A stretch of 64,000 nt of DNA from the IMG/VR virus record IMGVR_UViG_3300042463_000545, positions 7,768 through 71,767 of that record. One strand, 5' to 3'. This DNA is from a virus. Taxonomy: Duplodnaviria; Caudoviricetes. The position numbers and the translations under genes were made by a program. Below the pieces are notes generated by a model that saw nothing but the letters and a program-made list of their open reading frames with translations, ran no database searches and was not told the DNA's origin. This document shows, piece by piece, positions 27,030-38,000 of the stretch (the stretch's first letter is position 1; every line of letters starts with the position of its first letter).

Positions 27030-28004
27030 ATGAGCTATTACTATAAATTTAACTTCGTAAGCCCAGATCCAATCTACTCCACTGTCAAAGAAGAATTGAA
27101 AAGCTACTTTGACACAGGTGCTGTGGATGATTTGTTATTCCCCACCTATCTAGATAAATGTCTTAGAAAGCTGGGAAGAGCTACATACGTGATAGCTGAG
27201 ACAGCTCTTGTTGTTGATAACTTTGAAGCAAGACTTCCAGACAACTTTTATGCTGTTCGTGAAGCATGGATGTGTACAGTGATTAATGGCTTCCCATATC
27301 AAACAGCCAATTCATTCTATTCTCAAGCATCTACACAAACCACTATACAAGTAAGTCCAATCACTACAGCTTGTTCTACTGAAAGCCCTTGCTGTGGAAA
27401 TGTAGGATGTGATGGCTCTTGCATGCCTGAGTTCATGCAAACTGTCTACAAGACAAACAATGAGACAGCAATGACCTACCAAAGACAATATCTTCTAAAG
27501 CCAGGAAACATTTCTGCAAGAGGACATTGTGATGTTAACTATACAGAAAACTGGGAAATGTATGGTCAAGGAGCTGTTCCAATTCATAACTTTACACCAG
27601 GTTCATCAGTATATGATTCATTCGATATTAGAGACAACAAATTCGTTACGAATTTCAGAAATGGTGTTGTCCATCTTGTTTTCTATGCTCAAGATTACGA
27701 CAGTCTTGGAAACCAGCTTATTCCTGATAATTATCGTATTAGAGAATATCTAGAACACTTTATTAAATACAAAGTGTTTGAGATGTTGGTTAATCAAACC
27801 AATGATGAAACCTTTAATCAGCTTCAGCAAAAACTTGTATACTATAAAGGACTTTCTGACGAAGCATTCATCATGGCGGACATCGAAATCAAGAAGCAAG
27901 ATGTTTGGACTAAGCAGCGTAGAATAAGACAACAATTGAATAAATTTGCTATGTACGAGCTTCCTAACAGAACAAATCGTTGGGGATACAGAAGAAATAA
28001 TTAA
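27030..28004 (+). CDS. Putative tail tubular/ring protein
   Basis: 324 aa immediately upstream of the muzzle gene; assigned by gene order. Confidence 0.7.
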   Translation: MSYYYKFNFVSPDPIYSTVKEELKSYFDTGAVDDLLFPTYLDKCLRKLGRATYVIAETALVVDNFEARLPDNFYAVREAWMCTVINGFPYQTANSFYSQASTQTTIQVSPITTACSTESPCCGNVGCDGSCMPEFMQTVYKTNNETAMTYQRQYLLKPGNISARGHCDVNYTENWEMYGQGAVPIHNFTPGSSVYDSFDIRDNKFVTNFRNGVVHLVFYAQDYDSLGNQLIPDNYRIREYLEHFIKYKVFEMLVNQTNDETFNQLQQKLVYYKGLSDEAFIMADIEIKKQDVWTKQRRIRQQLNKFAMYELPNRTNRWGYRRNN

Positions 28005-28009
28005 TACTT

Positions 28010-31000
28010 ATGGCAGACGAATTAGACAAAATAAAACAGATCATCAATGGTGATCAAGGTAACGTCAGACAAGAGTATAATAATGCTACCACAGGATTGA
28101 ATCTTGATCAGTCACTGAATCAAATTCAAAAGGGGAGGCTAACGTATGCTCTTAACGCTGCTGTTGAAAACTTTGATTCTAATTCTGTAAACTATCAGAA
28201 TGAATCTGGTAACGAATTCTGCCTTCGTGTACCTGAAGGATTTGTTGTTATAGGTGAACACTTAATCGTAGAAAAAAACAAACACATATTCTTCATTACA
28301 AATCCCTCCACAGGAGATAGTCAAATTGGCTACATGGATAATAATGATTGTGTTTACAGAGTGTTAGTAAATGCTCCTTGCTTAAACTTCAACATCAATT
28401 ATCCTATACATAAAGTTGTCCACAGAATCACAAACTGCAATACAGAGATTTATTGGACAGATGGTTATAATCCTAGAAGATACTTAGACATTGATGACAT
28501 TCCTAAGATATTAAGATCAGGAAGTCCTCTTTGCAGCCCAATCTATACGGATGATCTTGATTGTAATCAACTCAAGCTTCAGCCTAATTTTAATATTCCT
28601 GAGATAGTAATCACTGACGTTGTTAGTGGAGGAAACCTTATTTCTGGTACATACCAGTTTGCTATTCAGTATTCTGATCCAGCTGGTAATCCATTCACAT
28701 CCTACTATTCAGTTACTAATCCTACACCTATTGCTGATGAGTTCATTACATCAGTTAATTTCAACTATCCTGTAGGAAAGTCTATTGTTGTTACTATTGA
28801 CAACCTTGATACAACTGGGCAGTTTGAATATTTCAATCTTGCTGTAATCAAAACAATCAATGGTGTATCATCTGTTGATCTTGTTGGTACATACTTTATT
28901 GACAACAGTATTAGACAGATCACATATACAGGGCAATCAACAATTATCCTAGACATTGCTGACATCTTTGAGAAGTTTCCATTCTATGAGATTGCTCAAG
29001 ACTTAACAGCTGTACAAGATGTTCTTGTATGGGATCAGCTAACATCTATTGATAGAATCAACTATCAACAAATTGCTAGCCAGATTACATTTCAATGGGA
29101 ATCTTGGAGAATTCCTCCAACAGAAAACTATGCAAACGAAATAAACGCAACGAATCTGAGAGGATATCTTCGTGACGAAGTGTATGCTTTTGAGATAGTG
29201 TTCCTTCTAAAAAATGGAAAACAGACAGATGGTTTCCATATTCCAGGAAGAGCTATTACATCATACGAACAATTATTACCAAGAATTCCTGATACAGATC
29301 CAGACTTTATAGGCAACCCTGACCCAGTTACACATGATTCACCGTATTGGAAGATTTATAACACAGCTTCTGTCACAGGGTTCTCTCCAGAATATTCAAC
29401 AAATGATGCTTACAAAGGACCATATCAATTTGGCGAATTTGCCTATTGGGAATCTGCTGAAGAATATCCATGCAACACAGACGTGTGGGGGAACCTTGCA
29501 GGACAAAAAATCAGACATCACAAGTTCCCAGATGTAAACATCTCACCTATTTACGAAAGTAAAGTTTTCTCTACGCCACAAACAATGGTGATGGGAAATG
29601 ATGCTGTCTTTCCTATTGGTGTAAAACTTGATCCTTCTCAAATACTAAATCTTATTCAAGTATCAAATCTTACAGATGATCAGAAAGCTGACATTGTAGG
29701 ATTTAAGATTGTTCGTGGTGATAGAAGTGTTAACAAGTCTATTGTTGCTAAGGGTATTCTAAGAAACGTTGGTGAGTATCAAAGAGAAGAACAATCGTTC
29801 TACTTTCCTAACTATCCTTACAACGATCTTAACGAAGATCCATTCCTTACAACAACAAACAATGCTTACCAGAGTGAGTGTAAACCATTTGATATAATCA
29901 TCACTAGCCTAGGAACTGATCCAATTACTGGCGTTCCATTGGCTAGAATCCAATACTACGCTTGCGAGAACAACAGACTTGTTTATAAAGACTACACTTC
30001 TATACAGGATGATCAAATATGTTCTGTTGGAAAACCAACAATTATCATTGGTCAAGGTGAAGTGGGATATGCTGATTATGATGTTTATGAATTAGATGCT
30101 CCATTTGGAGCTACATTCACAGCTTCTTATGATGATAGATTCTTAGGACCAACAACTCTAAGCGTTGGTGACACAGCTGATATTGTTGAAGTTGTTGCTG
30201 ATACAGCAGTTATATGTATAGCAAGTTGCGCAGATGCTCAAATCAGAAGAATACGACAAGTGAGATCTGGAGCAGATTGTGGTGGCACAACACTACTTGA
30301 TGGCTTTAAAGATGAGAATAGATATAGACAAATCTTCAACTCTCCAGAGACATCGTTTGGTCAACCATTCCTAGCAGACATTCTCAAGCTTGAGAGTGTA
30401 ATGTTTGGTACTGGTAAAGCTCACTTTGTTGAGGTGAGAGACAATGCTAAATATAAATTGCTCTCTGAGGCTGCTCAGAAGGCTGCTCTTGATAGTTCTG
30501 CAAGACTTGGTGGTATCACTACACCATTTAGTGCAACAGCTATGTTCACTGCGTATCAGTCTTATTTGACCATTTACATTAATGGCATCACTAGAAGAAA
30601 CTACGCCTACTCATTCAACTCTATTGGTGATTACAACTATGGTGTAGGAGTTCCTGATAATCAACGAATCAAGCAAAGAGAACTTGATATATCTAGATAT
30701 CTAATTCCAGGTGTACAAGCTGTTGGCGATGATCTACCAATCAATAACTGGAATAGAGAAAGCTCTGTCTTTGTAAAAACAAACATAGACACAACAGCTC
30801 TACCTTATCCTAGCCAGAGTCCAAACATGCTTTCTGGAACAACAAGTATTGTTTCAGATAGATCAAGATTCACTATTTCAGAAATAGGAAACTGTGGAAC
30901 ACCAGCTAAAGAGGAGCCTATACAGGTTGTTTCATATTATGCATCATTGAAAGATATAATTATCAATCAGTGGGGACAAATCTATTCATACGAAACAATT

Positions 31001-33640
31001 GATACAGGGTATCAATACATAATTAACTCACCTAATCCAACCACTACAGTGTTTGGTGGTGATACATTTATTAGCAGATTCGCATTCAAAACAAAGCTTC
31101 CATTCTTTATTGATAATAGAGTGAATGCTCCTGATGATAGCGACATCTTCTATGATGAGATAGGTAATGTTGCATATCCTAGATACTGGCATTCTGCAAG
31201 ATCAATTCTCGAGAACTACAGCATTCCTGGACAAGGAGTGATGGCAAACATCATTTCTTACAAAGCACATAACTTTGATTGTCCTAATGAAGTGGGAACA
31301 GATGTGATTGTATCTACATCTACCACCACTACTAGTAGTACAACTTTCCCTCCAGGTGGATCTGGGGGAGTGACACCAAGTTCAACCGTTACATATTATG
31401 ACGGTTACTTCTATCTGTTTGCTTATGGTATTCCAAACTTCTATTGTGAGAGCTCTTACAATCTTGATTTAAGACAAGCATTCAACAATAGAGAAGGAGA
31501 CTTCTGGCCACATGTTAGTACAGACATTCCAGATGACTGGTTGCAGCAGAGCTTTGTTCCTATTGCACAAGACAATACCTACTACTATAATACAACATTC
31601 TCAAAGCAAAATAGAGAGAACACATTCACACACTTACCTCCTGATTGGGAAGCAAGACTGTGCTTCACAAACTATCCATTCAGAACAATCTATTCTGATG
31701 CTCAGAATATCGATGCTGATAACAGAGTGAATAACTGGCTTATCTATAGAGCTATTTCTTATTTTGATTTCCCACAAAACTATGGAAATCTTGTAAGCTT
31801 AGATGGTATACAGAACAAAGCTATTCTAGCCAGATTTGAGAACAAGACATTGATGTACAATAATCTATTGACTATTGATACAAGCAACCCTCAAGCTGCT
31901 TATGTAGGTAATCCATTATTGTTCAGAGGTGCTCCTCCAATTGACTTTGCTGAAACTGATCTTGGATATGTAGGAAGCCAACATAGAATGCTTTTGAAGA
32001 TTCCTCAAGGTCAAATTATAGTTGATGCAAAAAGAGGACAAGTGTTCTTGATATCAGGAACAGAGGCAATTGACCTATCTGCATTTGGATCAGGAATGAA
32101 TAGATTCTTTGTTGAGCATCTACCATTCATGATTGACAATAACTTCCCAGATGTAAAGATTGATAATCATTTCAAAGGATTAGGATTACATGGTGTATAT
32201 GATGCTGTATATGATAGAGTGATTATTACAAAACTTGATTATGCACCAAAGTCAAATAACATTCTGTATGATCCAGTTGAACAAAGTTTCTACATCAACA
32301 ATGTTGTTAATGGTCTAACCATTAGACAAGACATTAGTCTTAGTGATGAAGAATACTTCTGTAATGTATCATGGACATTGTCTTTCAACATGAATACAAA
32401 GAGTTGGGTAAGCTTTCACAGTTATATTCCAAACTTCTATGTTGCTGAAAACAATTTCTTCTATTCTGGACAAAACAACTGCTGTGAAGACTTTGATTTC
32501 TTAGTGGGAACGTTGGTTCCAAATCCATCTACCACCACTACGACATCAACAAGTACATCTTCTACAACTACAACAACAACTACTGTTGCTCCTTTGCAAT
32601 GTGACATAACAGCTACAGTTCAGGAGATAAACTGTTCTCTTGCAGGTGTTGGAGTAATTGTATCTTTAGATTGTATCTTGGTTGGACCAACAACCACTAC
32701 TACTTCTACATCTACAACCTCCACATCTACAACAAGTACAACGTCAACTAGTACTACTAGTACAACCACTAGTACAACAAGTTCTACAACAACTACAACC
32801 ACTACAGCCGAACCAACAACAACTACAACAACTACAACAGGAGAGCCAACAACAACTACTACTACCAGTACAAGTTCTACAACTACCACAACTACCACTC
32901 CATCTCCAACAACAACTACTACCACTACACCTGCACCTCTTACTGCTGAATGTTATATATTAACATCAGCTCCATTTGGTGGATGTACATTTGTATACAA
33001 GGATGAAAATGGTGTAACTATAACTTACAACATACCTTCTCAAGACGAGGGCTTATGTTTCACTGCATGTGTTACAGAAGTTATAAGTGATGATTGTGGG
33101 TTCTTTGCTCAAGGTGTTGGTTGTCTTGATCCGCAGTGTGATTGCAGTCCTCCTCCACCTACTACAACAACTACAACAACTACTATTGAACCAACTACAA
33201 CCACTACTACAACTACAACTTCTGAACCAACTACTACAACCACTACAACAGCACCACCGTCTACTACCACTACAAGCACTACAACAAGTGCTCCATATTG
33301 TTATGAAATAACAAGTGTTCAAAGTGCTCCTGGTGAATGTTTTGATTGCCCTGGTTATTTTGCAAGTACAACTGATACGTTTATCACTTTCTACGATGGT
33401 TGTGGTGGAACTCAAATAGCAGCCCCATTTGATATAAATGTGACCGCAAATTATAGCGATGCTTCAACACAAAGTACATTTATATCTTCAGGAACTAGTG
33501 GTAGTGTATTGATTGCTACAAGTGATATTCAGTGTGTGTCAGCTCCTACATGTGGTGAAACTGCAAGTCCAACATTTGTAAGTGCAAGTGTAATACCTGT
33601 AACAGGAAGTATTAGTGAATGTTGTGGGGGGCCATCTTAA
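28010..33640 (+). CDS. Tail stabilization (muzzle, P22 gp10-like) protein, N-terminal part, with Thr/Cys-rich extension
   Basis: IYWTDGYNPRRYLDID, YLRDEVYAF, IRHHKFPD, FGGDTFISRF, YVGSQH, WTLSF...WVSFHSYIP are hallmarks of crAss-like muzzle proteins. Confidence 0.85.
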   Translation: MADELDKIKQIINGDQGNVRQEYNNATTGLNLDQSLNQIQKGRLTYALNAAVENFDSNSVNYQNESGNEFCLRVPEGFVVIGEHLIVEKNKHIFFITNPSTGDSQIGYMDNNDCVYRVLVNAPCLNFNINYPIHKVVHRITNCNTEIYWTDGYNPRRYLDIDDIPKILRSGSPLCSPIYTDDLDCNQLKLQPNFNIPEIVITDVVSGGNLISGTYQFAIQYSDPAGNPFTSYYSVTNPTPIADEFITSVNFNYPVGKSIVVTIDNLDTTGQFEYFNLAVIKTINGVSSVDLVGTYFIDNSIRQITYTGQSTIILDIADIFEKFPFYEIAQDLTAVQDVLVWDQLTSIDRINYQQIASQITFQWESWRIPPTENYANEINATNLRGYLRDEVYAFEIVFLLKNGKQTDGFHIPGRAITSYEQLLPRIPDTDPDFIGNPDPVTHDSPYWKIYNTASVTGFSPEYSTNDAYKGPYQFGEFAYWESAEEYPCNTDVWGNLAGQKIRHHKFPDVNISPIYESKVFSTPQTMVMGNDAVFPIGVKLDPSQILNLIQVSNLTDDQKADIVGFKIVRGDRSVNKSIVAKGILRNVGEYQREEQSFYFPNYPYNDLNEDPFLTTTNNAYQSECKPFDIIITSLGTDPITGVPLARIQYYACENNRLVYKDYTSIQDDQICSVGKPTIIIGQGEVGYADYDVYELDAPFGATFTASYDDRFLGPTTLSVGDTADIVEVVADTAVICIASCADAQIRRIRQVRSGADCGGTTLLDGFKDENRYRQIFNSPETSFGQPFLADILKLESVMFGTGKAHFVEVRDNAKYKLLSEAAQKAALDSSARLGGITTPFSATAMFTAYQSYLTIYINGITRRNYAYSFNSIGDYNYGVGVPDNQRIKQRELDISRYLIPGVQAVGDDLPINNWNRESSVFVKTNIDTTALPYPSQSPNMLSGTTSIVSDRSRFTISEIGNCGTPAKEEPIQVVSYYASLKDIIINQWGQIYSYETIDTGYQYIINSPNPTTTVFGGDTFISRFAFKTKLPFFIDNRVNAPDDSDIFYDEIGNVAYPRYWHSARSILENYSIPGQGVMANIISYKAHNFDCPNEVGTDVIVSTSTTTTSSTTFPPGGSGGVTPSSTVTYYDGYFYLFAYGIPNFYCESSYNLDLRQAFNNREGDFWPHVSTDIPDDWLQQSFVPIAQDNTYYYNTTFSKQNRENTFTHLPPDWEARLCFTNYPFRTIYSDAQNIDADNRVNNWLIYRAISYFDFPQNYGNLVSLDGIQNKAILARFENKTLMYNNLLTIDTSNPQAAYVGNPLLFRGAPPIDFAETDLGYVGSQHRMLLKIPQGQIIVDAKRGQVFLISGTEAIDLSAFGSGMNRFFVEHLPFMIDNNFPDVKIDNHFKGLGLHGVYDAVYDRVIITKLDYAPKSNNILYDPVEQSFYINNVVNGLTIRQDISLSDEEYFCNVSWTLSFNMNTKSWVSFHSYIPNFYVAENNFFYSGQNNCCEDFDFLVGTLVPNPSTTTTTSTSTSSTTTTTTTVAPLQCDITATVQEINCSLAGVGVIVSLDCILVGPTTTTTSTSTTSTSTTSTTSTSTTSTTTSTTSSTTTTTTTAEPTTTTTTTTGEPTTTTTTSTSSTTTTTTTPSPTTTTTTTPAPLTAECYILTSAPFGGCTFVYKDENGVTITYNIPSQDEGLCFTACVTEVISDDCGFFAQGVGCLDPQCDCSPPPPTTTTTTTTIEPTTTTTTTTTSEPTTTTTTTAPPSTTTTSTTTSAPYCYEITSVQSAPGECFDCPGYFASTTDTFITFYDGCGGTQIAAPFDINVTANYSDASTQSTFISSGTSGSVLIATSDIQCVSAPTCGETASPTFVSASVIPVTGSISECCGGPS
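32528..33290 (+). repeat. Degenerate ACN-codon repeats encoding poly-Thr (mucin-like) tracts
   Basis: Several runs such as TTTTTTTAEPTTTTTTTTGEPTTTTTT, separated by Cys-rich mini-domains. Confidence 0.9.
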
Positions 33641-33677
33641 AATAAAATAAATAAGCAATAGCGTTAAAATTTGAAAC

Positions 33678-34133
33678 ATGACTATAACAATAACATTGAG
33701 CGCAGCTGGGGTAGATACAGGCCCATTTAGCCTCTTCTCTGATATAGATGGATACACTACAGCGTTTGTAACAGGTGTGTCTAGAACAGCTCTTTTAGCT
33801 GGATATACAACAACTTTAGCTCCTGTAGGAACTACAATTGTTCGTGTGAAGTCCACTGGCTTATGTAGTAATTATATAGACATAACTCTTACATTTCCTA
33901 CAACTACTACAACAACAAGTACATGTCCTACATATTATCAACTTGCAGGATGTGATCCAGCGGATAATGCATTTACATTGATTCAGCCAACTCTTGGTGC
34001 AGGTCAACAGTATGTTCTTCCTGGTTCACCAGTTAAGTATTATACATACACAGGAGCTAGTATAACAAGTTGTATTGCTCCAGGTACATATGACGCTTCG
34101 ATTCAACAAACATTAAATATTGGATGCCCATAA
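33678..34133 (+). CDS. Small beta-module plus Thr linker plus Cys-rich domain
   Basis: ITLSAAGVDTGPFSLFSDIDGY, paralogous to 25442..25693. Confidence 0.75.
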   Translation: MTITITLSAAGVDTGPFSLFSDIDGYTTAFVTGVSRTALLAGYTTTLAPVGTTIVRVKSTGLCSNYIDITLTFPTTTTTTSTCPTYYQLAGCDPADNAFTLIQPTLGAGQQYVLPGSPVKYYTYTGASITSCIAPGTYDASIQQTLNIGCP

Positions 34134-34134
34134 C

Positions 34135-35001
34135 ATGTCAAAGACTATCACTATAAAGCTAACAAAGACAGGCCCTAACTCAGGGCCTTTCACCATTACA
34201 GATGCGTATGGGAATATTATTGCCTCAGGTATAACACTTTCTGAAGTGACTACAGGTATTAGTTTCATTGTAGATGATAGTGTTGACTTGATTACAATTA
34301 CATCTGAAGGAAAGTGTGCATATCAAAAATCATTTGCTGTTACAACCATTACACAGGATCAATATCAAAACACTCCTTTAGAAACTATTCAAACAGCCTG
34401 TTTATGGAGACATCTTAATAATCATGCTATTTATAATATATTCTATGGAAACATAGAACCATATATTATTGAATATCCTTTTGCATATCAATACCAAGAT
34501 GAAATCTTACAGAATGTAAAGGATTACACCAAGGTGTATAAATACTTTAATGATCCTTATGGTATATCAAATGATGTGTCAAGAATAGAACTTGACAATG
34601 TTTGGTTTAATAAAGCTGTTCTTTACAATGGGCAACAGTCTACAGGTGTGCTTGAACTTGTGCCAAAACCAATCAATAATTTGAAATCCTACTTACAATA
34701 TCCTATATTAAATGCTGAAAGCAAGACTATTACATTTACTAAGAGTGATAACTTCTATCAGTATAATACATTCTGGTCTGTAGTGAAAGACAAGAGCATA
34801 CCACTATTTGTAAGAACATGTCAATCACTTTCTCTTGATAAAGAAGTGAATCAAATCAACATGGACTATGGATCAAGATCATTTAAGAAAGAACCTCTCA
34901 GAGCTAAAGAATTGAAAATCAGACACATTCTTGATAATAAATCAGACGCTCATTTAGTTTCACAATTCATTATAGCTCCAGCACAAATCTCGTACAAGTA
35001 A
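34135..35001 (+). CDS. Probable C-terminal part of the muzzle protein fused to a divergent beta-module (start MSKTITIK)
   Basis: LWRH...YNIFYGNIEPYIIEY...FNKAVLYNGQQSTGVLEL resembles the C-terminal portion of crAss-like muzzle proteins (from recollection). Confidence 0.7.
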   Translation: MSKTITIKLTKTGPNSGPFTITDAYGNIIASGITLSEVTTGISFIVDDSVDLITITSEGKCAYQKSFAVTTITQDQYQNTPLETIQTACLWRHLNNHAIYNIFYGNIEPYIIEYPFAYQYQDEILQNVKDYTKVYKYFNDPYGISNDVSRIELDNVWFNKAVLYNGQQSTGVLELVPKPINNLKSYLQYPILNAESKTITFTKSDNFYQYNTFWSVVKDKSIPLFVRTCQSLSLDKEVNQINMDYGSRSFKKEPLRAKELKIRHILDNKSDAHLVSQFIIAPAQISYK

Positions 35002-35002
35002 T

Positions 35003-38000
35003 ATGAAAGGATGGTTAGATAACTTTGGCAAAGCAGACAACGCTAATGACTCAAACGTTAGCCTTCCTGAAGGCTTTGTTGGACTAGGATATAACACAAA
35101 AGGAAGAAACTATTCTCCCGCATGGGGAGGACAGTTTGCTATGGGAGGTTCTATTCCTGGTTCTGTAGGATTCACATACGCACGTACAGGAAGCACACCA
35201 TCAAATGGTAAGTATGCAAAGAAGACAATGGCTTCTGCACAGAATGGTCAAGAAATGAAATTCTATCAGAATGGGTTGGATTGGAAACCAAAGAGTATGC
35301 AGAATGGTGGAGAAGAGATATATGAAGGTCGAGAACTTCCTGAGTTTGTTGTAGAGGGTAAGGATGAGCGTATGAGAGAAGCCATGTCTCAGGGAATGGC
35401 AAAATTCTATGGACATGTTGGTGAGTTGATGGGTGCTCCACAAAAGGAGGCAATGCAATTGATTACAGGAAAAGAACAAACACCTTCTGAGGCGTGGGGA
35501 TTCCAAAAACCTGGTGGTTGGTTAGATAGCTATTCATCATTTGGAAAGAACCTTTCTAATTTTGGAATGGATGCTCTTGGAGATCCATTGAATGCTGTAC
35601 CTGGTGTAGGATTAGCTGATGACGTTTTTAAACTAAGTGTAAAAAACGTTGGTAAAAACCTCACTGAAAATCTTGGAAAGGGAATTGGTAAAAGAGCTAT
35701 CTTACAAGCACCATCTCCTCAAATGATGGCAGATAATGTATTAGCCTCAGCCACTCCTAACGCATCAGATGTAACTAATAAAAAACTTCGATTTGCAGAA
35801 TTAAATCATCCTCAAATGGATTTGCTTCAAGAATTAAAGCAAAAAACCATTGATAGACTTGATACTCCAGAGGGCAGAAGAAGACTTCAGTACATGATAA
35901 ATAAAAACTTTGGAAGAAGTCATAAAGCTTGGGGAAAACCAGTAGAAAGTTGGGGAGAATTCTTCTCAGAGGGTTTGAAAAATTTTGAACTTAGTGGTTA
36001 CAAAAAGCTAACACCTGAAGATATTATTGAGGAATTTAGAAACTTAAAGTTTGTTGAAAGTGATGATCTTTTGAGATTTGATAAAGAAAATGCATTTGCA
36101 GCTCGTGAAGGAGGATATGATCCTGGTTCATTTCCTGTAATGTACGTGGGTCAAAATCTTACTCCCAAAGATATAATGCATATATTTCCACATGAGATTA
36201 GTCACCACCTTCAAAGAAACAGTCGCAGAGTAACAAATCTTGATGATCAACTTTCTAAGCTAAAATTAAAAAAACAACAAAGCTCACTTGATTTAGATCC
36301 TTCAGAAGAAATATTGGAAGATGCTGATTTTTCAAAAATAAGCCAAGGTTGGGGATATGGTTTTGATCCATCTCTTGATTACTTTCTTACAGGTAGTGGA
36401 GGAATGGAGAAACTACCTTATGCTGCTGAGATTAGAGAAAGTTTATTGCGTAGAGGAAAAATAAAAGATTACTATGATGAGATAACCCCTCAAATGATAG
36501 AGGACCATTATGATCTTTACAATAAAACAGGAGGTAGTAAATACAAACTAAGATTGTATGAGATTATGGAAAAAAATCCTAAGAATTTCAAAATCTTGAG
36601 TGAAACTTTAAATAAACTTCCTGCTGTAACTTTACCAGTTGCTGGAGGTGCAGCTGCTGTAACATCTACATTAAATCAAAATCAACCAGTACAGAAGCAA
36701 AAGAATGGTGGTATAACTAAAGACAATAGAGGATATTGGAATCCAGACAACTGGGGACAGCCTGTTGAAATAGATTCTAACATGATTACAATGCAAGGTG
36801 TTTACGAACCTCTTCTTGGAATCTCTGACACTGGTGATACAAAGCTTATGCAACCAGGAAAGAATTACAAGTTCAATGGTAAAAAGGTTACAGAGTTTCC
36901 TGTTGCACAAACAGGGAAAGATACTCCTGCTCAACAAGAAGTTTCAAGACAAGATTACTTGTCCAAATTCAATATGTATGATGATGTTTTGAAATCAAAA
37001 AACTACACCACTCCATATTACAAAGACAATAATATCGACACCTCTGAGGGAGATATGAATTGTATAAATGGAGTTTGTTATATGGTTTCAAATATTGCAG
37101 GTGTGAAGTTTGACAAAGGTCAGACTAAAGATACATACACTGGAAATGCAACATTTGCAGACAATGCAATGGACGAAGGATATTACAGATCTAATCCTGA
37201 GAAGGAAGGATTTGGTGTAGGTGATATATTTCAATATGCTAGAAAAAAGGGTAGCATGGGTTCACGTTTTCCTGGGGAAGTTGATTTTAGAAATGAAAAT
37301 GATCTTTATCCAAATCATGCAGTGTTGATTGTTAATGAATTTGTAAAGGATGGAAAAAAGTATTTTAAGGTTGCGAACAACTCAGGTGGAGACAAAGTCG
37401 AAATTGAAGATTTATCTGAATCTGAATTGATGAACAGATATAAGAAGGGGTATAAAACTTTTGATGGAGGAATCACATATCGATATGATCCAGATAAAGT
37501 AACATCTATAAAAAAGGAGAACCAAGACAAGATCAATGTATTAAAAGGTAAAAATCCTTATTCTGGTCAATATTCAAAATTTGATACTTCAAACTTAACT
37601 TTCTTTAATAATAAAGTAGATGGATTGAATGTTAAAAATGAATTGGCTCCAGACAAAAATTTACAAAGATATGCAGATGTATATAAGACTGTCTACAATG
37701 ATCTTGGTAAAGGTTCTAACATGCCAATTGATTCGTTCAATAAATTAATAATGAATCAGATAGGTATTGCTGGGCAAGAAACTAAATTTGGTAAACTTGC
37801 ATCTAATCCAAAAGATATTGTTCCAGACAGTCTTTTACCCTATGCGAGAAGAGTTAGAGAAATCTATGATTACAATTTTGGTGAAGAAGATAATTGGAAA
37901 AAGGACTATTGGGATAAGAACGCTGATAATGTTCAAAAAGAATTTAGCTCATATCAAGACTTTGTAAAAAGCCTTGACTCTGAAGGTTCTGATTATAATC

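Noticed and set aside
22519-33415. Poly-Val minus-strand ORFs and Gln/Leu-rich alternate-frame ORFs
   Set aside because: By-products of ACN repeats encoding poly-Thr.
23775-35001. Diversity-generating retroelement target/template pair
   Set aside because: No reverse transcriptase in the window and no near-identical repeats differing only at adenines noticed.
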